From contig CAVYXV010000004.1 of assembly GCA_963772585.1 (NCBI GenBank), positions 275,375-339,374 of the forward strand: a stretch of 64,000 nucleotides of DNA. The letters are read 5' to 3'. Under the pieces are notes generated by a model. The model saw nothing but the letters and a program-made list of their open reading frames with translations. It made no database searches and had not been told where the DNA came from. Numbering within the stretch: position 1 is the stretch's first letter; the number at the start of each line of letters is the position of its first letter. The translations under genes and the position numbers were made by a program. Positions 33,427 through 42,172 of this stretch are shown piece by piece. Source of the DNA: an uncultured Planctomycetota bacterium. GTDB taxonomy: Bacteria > Planctomycetota > PLA2 > JAEUHO01.

Positions 33427-35526
33427 GTGCGGCGCCTGGGTGTCCCCGTCGCCGTGCTCCTCTTCCTCGCCCTCACCGGTTGGTGGACCTGGCGGGCCGT
33501 CGTCCGCCCGACGCCCCCCGCCGTGGACGAGACGCCGGAGATCCCGCCGCGGCCCCCCGCGCCGCCGGAGCCCCCCAAGCCCCGCGGACCCCGCTCGCGG
33601 GTCCGCCCCGCCGCGCCGCCGCCGGCGCGGCCCCCGACGGGAACCCGGGGCACCACGACCACCTCCGGCGCCGCCGCGCAGGACGAGACGGAGCCGCAGG
33701 GCGACGCCGGGGACACGGAGGCGCCCGAGCCCCCGCCCCAGGTCCAACTCGTCCAACCGCCCCCCCTCCCCGCGGCGGGCGCCGGCACCGGCACGGGCGA
33801 GACGGTCACGGTGTCCAACACGGGCGCGACGGGGCCCGAGGCCACCGTCGGGGTGGAAGGTGGGTACGGCTGGATCGGCACGCCCGGCGGGAAGGTGGCC
33901 GGGTGGTCGCGAACGCCGGGGGCCCGCGCGGTGGAGGGGCTCGCCCACGAGGCGCCGAACCACCGGGTCTTCTTCGAGCCGTTCCTGATCCAGCGATTCG
34001 AGGTGGACAACCGGACGTGGCGCCGCTTCCTCAGGGAGACGGCGGAGGTGGACATCCCGGTGCCGTTTGGAGAGGCGCGGACACTGGAGGCGATCGTGAG
34101 GGCTCTCGCCGCCGCGCGCGCTCCCGACGACTGGGTCGTGGCCGCCACCGTGCGGCAGATGTACGAGGCGAATCGCGCCGTCCTCCAGCAGCAGTTCCGC
34201 GCCCTCGTGGTCGAGAACGCCGACGGGACGATCGACGAGGCCAAGACGTTCGAGCGGATCGCCGACCGGACGCTGCCCCGCGGCATGATCCTCCACTTCT
34301 ACGACCGCCCGCCGCCTCGCCACTGGCCGGACATGAACTTCCCGGCCGGCGAGCCCGACCATCCGGTGCGCGACCTCTCGCCCGCCGATGCCGTGGCGTT
34401 CGCGTACTGGGCCGGGGTCCACCTTCCGTCCGAGGAGGAGTGGGAGTACGCCTGCCGAGGTCCGAACGGTTGGGACTACCCGTGGGGGAACGGCGGATCG
34501 GACTTCGACGCGCGCGTGAACGGGGGAACCCGGCTGGCGGAAGGGGAGGAGCCGCACACGGTTTCCGTGCGCGCCCTCGCGGCGGGCGCCTCCTGGGTCG
34601 GGGCGCTCAACACGCTGGGCAACGTCTCCGAGTGGACGTCCTCGTGGCTCGATCCGTATCCCGGAAGCTCCCTTCCGCCTCGGCTCGTTCCGGTCTTCCG
34701 CGGCGGGAGTGCCGCCGACGAGGAGGCGCTCCTCGTCCGTCCCGCCTTCCGCGGCTGGCCGGCCACGGACCGCGCACCGGCCTGGCGACTGCGCCGTCCG
34801 TGGACGGGCGTCCGCCTCGCCGCGCGCCCCGACGTGCCGGGCTACAGCCTCGCGGAGAACCTCGGCATGGAGGCGCGCGCCGCCGCCGTCCCCGCCGGGC
34901 TGCTGCAGTGGACGGTGTACGCGGGCCGGACCGGGTTCATCGGTACGCGGCTCCTTGACGCCGCCGCCCGGCGGTGGCTCCGACCCGGTCACAAGGCGCT
35001 CTTCGTGATGCCGCTGGCCGAGGTCGCCACGCTCCGGGGCGGCGTCCCCGTGGGCGGTCTGCCGGGCGACCTCGACGAGGGGAAGGACGTCCTCGCGCTC
35101 AGCGCCGCGGGCGTGCCCGTCGTGCTCGCCGCGATGCACGTCGACCTGCCCCTGATCGATGCATGGCAGGCGCGAGCCGGCCGCCGGGGGCGTCCGGGGG
35201 ATCCGGTGCTCGATCCCGCCCAGGTGGAGCCCGGCACCTGGTGGCTCGCGCTCGTGGACGGGTATCTCGCGGCGGTGTCGCTGGACCTCGATGCGGTGCG
35301 CTACCTCGGCCGGAGGCCCCTCGCCGTAAGCGCGCTGTCGCTCCACCCGTGGAGAGGCGGGGCGGGGGACGCCCGGGTGGACCTGGACCCCGCCTCGGGC
35401 GCGCTCGACACCTACGTCGAGGTCCGCGCCGGCGACGCGGCGGTGCTCCGCCTGGGAGTACGGCTCCAGGCCGAGCCGGACGGCGTGCAACGCGCCGCTC
35501 CCTGGACGGCGGTCGAGGCCCGGTGA
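33427..35526 (+). CDS. membrane-anchored formylglycine-generating-enzyme (FGE/SUMF1)-domain protein
   Basis: N-terminal VAVLLFLALTGWWTWRAVV transmembrane segment, a Pro-rich linker, then ...HEAPNHRVFFEPFLIQRFEVDNRTWRRFL...SPADAVAFAYWAGVHLPSEEEWEYACRG...DYPWGN...GNVSEWTSSW...VFRGGSAAD..., the FGE-sulfatase fold. GTG start 4 nt after the S41 gene stop. Confidence 0.7.
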   Translation: MRRLGVPVAVLLFLALTGWWTWRAVVRPTPPAVDETPEIPPRPPAPPEPPKPRGPRSRVRPAAPPPARPPTGTRGTTTTSGAAAQDETEPQGDAGDTEAPEPPPQVQLVQPPPLPAAGAGTGTGETVTVSNTGATGPEATVGVEGGYGWIGTPGGKVAGWSRTPGARAVEGLAHEAPNHRVFFEPFLIQRFEVDNRTWRRFLRETAEVDIPVPFGEARTLEAIVRALAAARAPDDWVVAATVRQMYEANRAVLQQQFRALVVENADGTIDEAKTFERIADRTLPRGMILHFYDRPPPRHWPDMNFPAGEPDHPVRDLSPADAVAFAYWAGVHLPSEEEWEYACRGPNGWDYPWGNGGSDFDARVNGGTRLAEGEEPHTVSVRALAAGASWVGALNTLGNVSEWTSSWLDPYPGSSLPPRLVPVFRGGSAADEEALLVRPAFRGWPATDRAPAWRLRRPWTGVRLAARPDVPGYSLAENLGMEARAAAVPAGLLQWTVYAGRTGFIGTRLLDAAARRWLRPGHKALFVMPLAEVATLRGGVPVGGLPGDLDEGKDVLALSAAGVPVVLAAMHVDLPLIDAWQARAGRRGRPGDPVLDPAQVEPGTWWLALVDGYLAAVSLDLDAVRYLGRRPLAVSALSLHPWRGGAGDARVDLDPASGALDTYVEVRAGDAAVLRLGVRLQAEPDGVQRAAPWTAVEAR

Positions 35527-35554
35527 GCGGGTTGCGCGGCGCGCGAGCCGCGCG

Positions 35555-38101
35555 CTACGAGCGGAAGGGTCGTTCTTCGCGGTAGCGGTCGCGGCGCGCC
35601 TGGATGGCCTTGCGGAGGCCGCCGTCCTCGTCGCGGACGTGGCCGAGCGCCTCCTCGGCGACCTTGACGGCATCCGGGTACCGCCCGACCTCCGCGTAGG
35701 CGGCAGCGAGCGTGTCGAGGACGTTGGCGTCGCGGCGGCCCGTCTTCTCGGCGAGCTCCTCCGCGAGGCGGACGGCGCGCTCCCCGTCCCGGTAGGCGGG
35801 GTCGCGGAAGGTGGCGAGAACCCATGCCAGCGTGTTCTTGGCCTGGACGTCGCCCGGGTCGGAGGAGACGGCCAACTCGAGCTCCTTCATCGCCTCGGCC
35901 GGCCGTCCGAGGCGGAACAGGATGGAGCTCATGGACCCGTGCGCGGGGGCGTTTCGCGGCTCGCGCTGGACGATCTCGACGTAGGCGGCGAGGGCCTCGT
36001 CCAGCCGGTCCATGCGGTAGAGGGCGTAGGCGAGGTTGCGGCGCGCCCGCATGAGGGTCGGGTCGAGCTCCAGGGCCTTCCGGAAGAGATCCAGCGCGCG
36101 GTGGAGGTCCTCCGGGCCCGCGTTCCGCTCCATCAACGCGTTCCCGAGGTTGTTGCAGGCGAGGCCGTACTCCGGGTCGAGCGCGACGGCCTGCTCGTAG
36201 GCCCGCAGGGCGTCGGCGTCACGCCCCTTCGCCGCGAGGGCCCAGCCCAGGTTCAGGTGGGCCCTGGCATCGCGCGGGTTGAGGCGGATGGCCTCCTGGA
36301 AGAGCTTCAGCGCGTCGTCCACCTGTCCCTCGCCCATCAGGGCGTAGCCCTTCATGGTCTTGCGGCGGTGGTCCACGCCCGGCACCTCGATCGACTCCAG
36401 CGCGTCGTAGGGCCGGTTCATGAACTCGGGGATGTTCACGGCCCGGTTGGCCGCCGTGGCGTTGGGGACGAGGATCGGCGGCGTGTCGTTCCCGTCCTCG
36501 TCGAGGTGCGTGAGGAACATCTGCGTGTAGGGCGTGTTGGCCTTGGAGGAGAAGACCAGCCACCGGCCGTTGGGCGAGAAGCTGTGCCAGGAGTTCATCC
36601 GCCACGTGTTGCAGCGCATCTCCCGCGGCTCGCCGCCCTCGAACGGGAGGATGAACAGCTTCCCGTCGGGCCGCATGAGCTGGCCGTTCTTGCAACGGAC
36701 GAAGACGATCCACTTGCCGTCGGGGGAGACCTTGGGGAAGGTGTTGCTCCAGCCGTTCTCGTAGGCGCCGGGAATCGGTTCCGGCGTGCCGCCCTTCCCG
36801 TCGTTGAACGGCATGCGGACGAGGTTGTACTGGATGGGCGTCTCGTTCGGGTCGTTCGGGAACTTCGCCAGGGGGCGTCCCGGGATGTAGGGATCGCGCG
36901 CCTTGGCCCGCGAGAACACGATGGTCTTCCCGTCCGGCGTCCAGACCGGGTTCGTGTGGACGTAGTCGGGGTCGTCGGCGCCGGGAAGCGCGGTCATCTT
37001 CTCCGTCTTGCGGTCGTAGAGCGCGAAGATCCCCCGCGTGGGATAGAAGACCTGCAGGAACTCGTAGTTCGTGAAATTGGCGACGTAGAGCGCCTCGTTC
37101 ACGGTGGACAGGACATAGCGCCCCGTCGGCGACACGCGGGAGAGGAAGCCGAGGGTGTTCTGTCCCTTGTTCTTCCCGGGGAAGTCGTTCCACGTGATGA
37201 TGTCGTCGTAGCCGATGGACAGGTTCTTCGCCACGGGAAGGATCGCGTAGGTCCCCTTGTCGCCCTGCGGTCCGTCCACGTCCATGCCGAACGTGGAACC
37301 GTCGTTCGAGAAGGAGTGGCAGTTCGCGCAGGTCGGCATGTGCTCCAGCACGACGCGGCTCTCGGGCTTGGAGACGTCGCGCAGCCGCCACTTGATGAGG
37401 CCGACGGCGCTCTCGGCGAGCGGCTTGATGGTCCCCTTCTGCGTCTCGGCCGGGGCCAGCGGCACGTCGCGGTAGAAGATCGGCGCACCCACCGGATCCT
37501 TCGAAGTCCTGATGCGGGCCTCGGCCCGCGAGAACGCCCGGTCGGGAGCCGCCGGGTCGAAGCCGGTGAGCGTGAGCGTCGCCCACCGCTCGCTCGTGCG
37601 CTCCTTGATGGCGGTCCAGAGCGCCGGGGGTACCGTCCACGCGTGGTCGTAGGCCCCGGGGGGATCGGGCAGCTCGTTGGTGGGGGCGATGCAGGTGGGG
37701 TCGATCTCGCCGACGCGCGGCGGCAGGCCCTCGAGGTAGGCCTCCAGGGGGGCCGCATCGTCCTCCGGTCGGATGCGGAGCAGCCACGCCTTGGCCTCCG
37801 GCGTGGAGTCGGTCCAGCGGATCGTCGGAGCGGTGATGTCGGGAGGGAAGACCGAGCCGTCCTGCGGGTCGTGGAGCGCGAGGGACGCCGTGGCCTTCGC
37901 GGCCTCGAGGGTCTTCGCCGCGCGCGTCCGCGCGGGCGTGTCCGCGCTCTCGACGCCCCAGCCGGGGGTGATCACGACCTGCTCGACCTCGGCGGGGAGG
38001 AGCGGGCCCTCGGCCACCGGCGCCCGGTCCCCGCAGGACGCGAGGAGGGCCACCGACGTGGCGAGGAGGAGGACGGCGGGCCAGGCAGGAGAGGAACGCA
38101 A
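35555..38101 (-). CDS. lipoprotein with a CxxCH motif, a TolB-like beta-propeller region and C-terminal TPR repeats
   Basis: Lipobox LLASCG. A single CANCH (CxxCH haem-c motif) in ...LEHMPTCANCHSFSNDG.... Repeated TolB-type blades (TPDGKTIVFSR, SPDGKWIVFVR, SPNGRWLVFSS). Then at least 6 TPR units (...AHLNLGWALAAKGRDADALRAYEQAVALDPEY...). Confidence 0.65.
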   Translation of the reverse strand: MRSSPAWPAVLLLATSVALLASCGDRAPVAEGPLLPAEVEQVVITPGWGVESADTPARTRAAKTLEAAKATASLALHDPQDGSVFPPDITAPTIRWTDSTPEAKAWLLRIRPEDDAAPLEAYLEGLPPRVGEIDPTCIAPTNELPDPPGAYDHAWTVPPALWTAIKERTSERWATLTLTGFDPAAPDRAFSRAEARIRTSKDPVGAPIFYRDVPLAPAETQKGTIKPLAESAVGLIKWRLRDVSKPESRVVLEHMPTCANCHSFSNDGSTFGMDVDGPQGDKGTYAILPVAKNLSIGYDDIITWNDFPGKNKGQNTLGFLSRVSPTGRYVLSTVNEALYVANFTNYEFLQVFYPTRGIFALYDRKTEKMTALPGADDPDYVHTNPVWTPDGKTIVFSRAKARDPYIPGRPLAKFPNDPNETPIQYNLVRMPFNDGKGGTPEPIPGAYENGWSNTFPKVSPDGKWIVFVRCKNGQLMRPDGKLFILPFEGGEPREMRCNTWRMNSWHSFSPNGRWLVFSSKANTPYTQMFLTHLDEDGNDTPPILVPNATAANRAVNIPEFMNRPYDALESIEVPGVDHRRKTMKGYALMGEGQVDDALKLFQEAIRLNPRDARAHLNLGWALAAKGRDADALRAYEQAVALDPEYGLACNNLGNALMERNAGPEDLHRALDLFRKALELDPTLMRARRNLAYALYRMDRLDEALAAYVEIVQREPRNAPAHGSMSSILFRLGRPAEAMKELELAVSSDPGDVQAKNTLAWVLATFRDPAYRDGERAVRLAEELAEKTGRRDANVLDTLAAAYAEVGRYPDAVKVAEEALGHVRDEDGGLRKAIQARRDRYREERPFRS

Positions 38102-38218
38102 GACGGAGACTCCCGGCGGTCACGGAGACGAGGGAGCCTCCCATGGTAGCCACGACACCTCGGTGCGTCGGGGCTCCGCGCGGGCCGAATGCCCCATCCA
38201 GGGCCCCGGGTGCGCGGA

Positions 38219-41200
38219 TCAGGCGGGAACGGTCTCCTCGCACCAGCGGCGGGCGTTCTGGAACATCCGCAGCCACGGCGAGGCCCGGAGCTCCTGCTCG
38301 AGGTCCCGCGGCATCCAGCCCCACTGCCACGTGAGGAACGCCCGCTCCGGGTGCGGCATCATCGCGAGGTGCCGCCCGTCGGCCGAGCAGAGACCGGCGA
38401 CGCCGCCGGGCGATCCGTTGGGGTTCATCGGGTAGCGCTCGGTCGGCCGGCCGTCGTCGTCGGCGTAGCGCAACGGCGCCAGGCCCTCCGTCTCGATCCG
38501 CGCCCGGACGGCCGGGTCGGGGAAGAGGACCCGTCCCTCGCCGTGCGCGACCCAGACGCCGAGCACCGAGCCGGCCATCCCTTCCAGGAGGAGCGACGGA
38601 CTGTCGTCGATGCGGACGTTGGAGAAGCGCGACTCGAAGCGGCCCGAACGGTTGCGCACGAACCGCACCTGCTTCTCGTCGGCCAGGCCCTCCCAGGGCA
38701 CCCAGCCGAGCAGGGCGAGCAGTTGGCACCCGTTGCAGACCCCGAGGCTGAAGGTGTCGGGGCGGGCCTGGAATGCGTCGAACTGCCGGCGGACGTCCTC
38801 GTGGAAACGGATGACGCCCGCCCAGCCCTTCGCCGCGTCGAGCACGTCGGCATAGCTGAAGCCCCCGACGGCGACGAGGCCGCGGAAGGACTCCAGGTCC
38901 ACCCGGCCTTCCACCAGGTCCGACATGGTGACGTCCCACGGCTCGAATCCGGCCAGGTAGAAGGCGGAGGTCATCTCCCGGTCGCCGTTGCTGCCCTCCT
39001 CCCGGAGGATCGCGACGCGGGGCTTGCCCTCGCGCGCGAGGAGGGACGCCGGCGTGGGCGCCGGCGCGAAGGACACGACGAAGGACGGCCCCTTGCGATC
39101 GCGGAGTCCGCGCTGCTCCTCCTCGACGCACTCCGCGTCGGCCTGGAGGCGATCGAGGCGGAAGCTCGTCTCCTCCCACAGGTCTCTCAGGTTGCGTACG
39201 TCGTCGTCGAGGACGACCCGGGAGCCGTGGCGGACCACGACCGACGTGTCCTCGCGCGTCCGGCCGATCGCGACGCAGGGGACGTCCCGGCCTCCGTAGG
39301 CATCGAGCGCCGCCGGCACGTCCGCCTCGTCCACTTCGAGCACGAGGCCGAGTTCCTCGGCGAAGAGCCGGGGGAGGATCTCGCTGTCCGCGTCGAGGTC
39401 GAGCTCCAGCCCCGTATTCCCCGCGAAGCCCATCTCGAGCACCGTGGTCAGGAGGCCGCCGTCGCTGCGGTCGTGGCCCGCGGACACGAGGCCCCGCCCG
39501 AGCAGGTCCTGGGTGACGGCGAAGGCGCGTGCGAGCCGCGCGGGGTCGTCCACGTCCGGCGGGACGTCACCGACCTGGCCGTGGACCTGCGCGAGGGCGC
39601 TGCCCCCGAGGCGATCGCGGCCGCCGCCGAGGTCCACGAAGAGGAGACGCCCGCGGCCGGGCAACGCGAGCGCGGGGGTCGCTACCTGGCGGACGTCGGG
39701 GCAGGGGCCGTAGGCCGAGACGACGAGGGCTCCCGGCGCCTTGACCATCTCCTCACCGCCCCGACCGTCGGGCGCGCGGGCGGCCATGGACAGGCTGTCC
39801 TTCCCTCCGTCCACCGCGATCCCGAGGGCGAGCATCGCGTCCTTCATGGCGACGGCCGCGTCGTGGAGCGCCGCGCCCTCGCCGGGCAGCTTGGCGGCCC
39901 ACATCCAGTTGGCCGAGCATCGCACGTCCTCGAGGGCGGTCACCTTCGCCCAGACGAGATTCGTGAGCGCCTCGCCCACGGCGAGGCGGGCCATCGCCGC
40001 CGGATCCAGGAGCCCCTTGATCGGTTGTTCGCCGATCGCCGTGGCGGCTCCCGTGGTCGCGAAGTGGCTCTGGGCGATCACGGCCACGTCGGCCACGGTG
40101 ACCTGGAGCGGTCCCACGCACTGCTGCCGCGCGACGAGCCCGGTCACGCTGCGGTCCACCTTCGTGGTCAGGAAGCGTTTGGAGCCGACCGACAGGAGAC
40201 GCAGCACGCGCTCCAGCGCGTCGCGCGGCTCGAGGCCCTCCGGCAGCCGCAGGGGGCGGAGCGTCGGGGCCGCGCGCTCGAGCTCGAACGTCTTCTGGGG
40301 CATGTCGCCGAGGACCTGCTCCAGCGCGAGGTCCACGGGCGTGGTGTCGTCGCGGTCGTCGTGGACGACGATCCGGCCGTCGCCCGTGACCTCGCCCACG
40401 AAGGCGAACGGCACCTTCTCGCGCCGGCAGAGGGAGGCGAAGAGGTCGGCGTGCTCCGGCCTCAGCAGCAGGGCGTCGTTCTCCTGGTACTCGGCGCCCC
40501 AGATCTCCAGGACGGAGAGGGTCTCGTCGCCCAGGGGGACGCCCCGGATCTCGATCCGGGCTCCGGCCGGATCGACGACTTCCTTGAGCACGTTGCAGTT
40601 TCCCCCGGCGCCCTGGTCGTGGATGCTGACGATCGGGTTCGCCTCGCCCATCTCCACGCACGCTCGGATCACGCGGTTGACCTTCTGCTCCATCTCCGCG
40701 TCGCCGCGCTGGACCGCGTTGAAGTCGAGCTCGGCCACGTTCTCGCCCTGGACCATGCTCGACGCGGCCCCGCCGCCCATGCCGATCCGGTAGGCCGGGC
40801 CGCCGATCTTGGTGACGAGCATGCGCGGCTCGGGCGCGCCCTTCTCGCTGTGGCGCGCGTCGATCTGGCCGAGGCCGCCCGTGAACATGATGGGCTTGAT
40901 CCACTCGCGGCGTTCGCCCCCGGGAAGCCGGAGGCCGAAGGAGCGCGTGTAGCCCTGGATCACGGGTTCTCCGAACTTGTTCCCGTAGTCCGAGGCGCCG
41001 TTGCTGGCCTCGATCTCGATCCGGAGCGGCCGGGCGAGGTTCTCTGGATAACCGAAGGCGTCGTCCTCCCAGGGGAGGGCGTAGCCCGGCACGTGGAGGT
41101 TCCCGACGCAGTAGGCGGCCGTGCCCGCGACGACCAGCGAGCCGCGCCCCGTCGCGTGGGTGTCGCGGATGCGGCCGCCCGTCCCGGTCTCGGCGCCCGG

Positions 41201-42145
41201 GAAGGGGGCGACGCCCGAGGGGAAGTTGTGCGTTTCCGCCGTGAAGAGGACGTCGTGGTCCGCCTCCACCGCGCAGAAGGGCGACGGCCGCCCCGGGCGC
41301 GAGGGGTGGATCGTGCGGACCCCGAACCCGCGGATCGTGCTGGAGTTGTCCGCGAAGGCGATGACGCTGCGCCCCCGTCGGGCACGGAGCGGGGCGCGCA
41401 CGACGTCGAGCAGGTGCTCGGGCTGCACCTCGCCGTCGATCACCAGGCGGCCCCTGAAGAACCAGTGCCGGGAGTGTTCGCTGTTCGACTGGGCGATGTC
41501 GAAACACTCGACCGTGGTGGGATTGCGGCCCACGCGATTCACGAAGAGATCCGTGTAGTAGTCGAGATCCCAGGCGTCGAACGCGAGGCCCATCTCCCGG
41601 CTGATGCGTTCGAGGGCCGCGCGGCCCTCGTCCATGAGGGCAACCTCGCGGACGGGGTCGGGCGCCAGGCCGCTTTCGAAGCTCCGGAGCGGCTCGGGGT
41701 AGGGGCACTCCGTCATGCGGTCGTGGACGAGGGCGAGGAAGGCGTCGCGACCCGCGGCGTCGAGCGGTTCCGCAAGGTCCAGGCGGTAGCGTCGGGAGCG
41801 TTCGATGCGCCGGATGCCGTCGAGGCCGCACGCTCGCGTGATCGCGACGGCGTTCGTGCACCACGCCGTCGTGAAGTTCATGCGCGGTCCCACCTCGATC
41901 ACCGCGGGGCCGTGGCCGAGGAAGCTCTCCGGCCGCAGACGGTCGGGCTCGAAGGTCTCGGCCAGCAGCCATCGGAGCACCCCGTGCTCGGCGGGCGAGA
42001 GCGGCCGCACCGTCGCGACGTTGAAGCAGGACTCCGTGTCGAGATCCCGCAGGCCGGGCAGGGCGCCCCTCCGTGCGTTCTCGACGAGCCCGCGCCGGGC
42101 CCCTTCCGAGAGACCCGGCGCGCGGTAGAGGTGGAGAAGGCTCAT
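38219..42145 (-). CDS. purL: phosphoribosylformylglycinamidine synthase (single-chain large PurL)
   Basis: 1308 aa with the N-terminal domain, two AIR-synthase-like repeats (...GGPAYRIGMGGGAASS..., ...DSLSMAA...) and a C-terminal class I glutaminase domain (...GVCNGCQLL... with catalytic Cys and His). Confidence 0.9.
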   Translation of the reverse strand: MSLLHLYRAPGLSEGARRGLVENARRGALPGLRDLDTESCFNVATVRPLSPAEHGVLRWLLAETFEPDRLRPESFLGHGPAVIEVGPRMNFTTAWCTNAVAITRACGLDGIRRIERSRRYRLDLAEPLDAAGRDAFLALVHDRMTECPYPEPLRSFESGLAPDPVREVALMDEGRAALERISREMGLAFDAWDLDYYTDLFVNRVGRNPTTVECFDIAQSNSEHSRHWFFRGRLVIDGEVQPEHLLDVVRAPLRARRGRSVIAFADNSSTIRGFGVRTIHPSRPGRPSPFCAVEADHDVLFTAETHNFPSGVAPFPGAETGTGGRIRDTHATGRGSLVVAGTAAYCVGNLHVPGYALPWEDDAFGYPENLARPLRIEIEASNGASDYGNKFGEPVIQGYTRSFGLRLPGGERREWIKPIMFTGGLGQIDARHSEKGAPEPRMLVTKIGGPAYRIGMGGGAASSMVQGENVAELDFNAVQRGDAEMEQKVNRVIRACVEMGEANPIVSIHDQGAGGNCNVLKEVVDPAGARIEIRGVPLGDETLSVLEIWGAEYQENDALLLRPEHADLFASLCRREKVPFAFVGEVTGDGRIVVHDDRDDTTPVDLALEQVLGDMPQKTFELERAAPTLRPLRLPEGLEPRDALERVLRLLSVGSKRFLTTKVDRSVTGLVARQQCVGPLQVTVADVAVIAQSHFATTGAATAIGEQPIKGLLDPAAMARLAVGEALTNLVWAKVTALEDVRCSANWMWAAKLPGEGAALHDAAVAMKDAMLALGIAVDGGKDSLSMAARAPDGRGGEEMVKAPGALVVSAYGPCPDVRQVATPALALPGRGRLLFVDLGGGRDRLGGSALAQVHGQVGDVPPDVDDPARLARAFAVTQDLLGRGLVSAGHDRSDGGLLTTVLEMGFAGNTGLELDLDADSEILPRLFAEELGLVLEVDEADVPAALDAYGGRDVPCVAIGRTREDTSVVVRHGSRVVLDDDVRNLRDLWEETSFRLDRLQADAECVEEEQRGLRDRKGPSFVVSFAPAPTPASLLAREGKPRVAILREEGSNGDREMTSAFYLAGFEPWDVTMSDLVEGRVDLESFRGLVAVGGFSYADVLDAAKGWAGVIRFHEDVRRQFDAFQARPDTFSLGVCNGCQLLALLGWVPWEGLADEKQVRFVRNRSGRFESRFSNVRIDDSPSLLLEGMAGSVLGVWVAHGEGRVLFPDPAVRARIETEGLAPLRYADDDGRPTERYPMNPNGSPGGVAGLCSADGRHLAMMPHPERAFLTWQWGWMPRDLEQELRASPWLRMFQNARRWCEETVPA

Positions 42146-42172
42146 CGGCCGGTCTCTCCGGTGGTGGGCGGC

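Noticed and set aside
30219-34286. 1355-aa minus-strand ORF
   Set aside because: Only the last 182 codons (30219-30767) are real; they encode Hpt. The rest is antisense to the S41 peptidase and FGE-domain genes and is low-complexity. The same applies to 46637-51073(-), where only the exonuclease at 46637-47749 is real, and to 46583-51409(+), where only the tricorn gene from 48062 is real.
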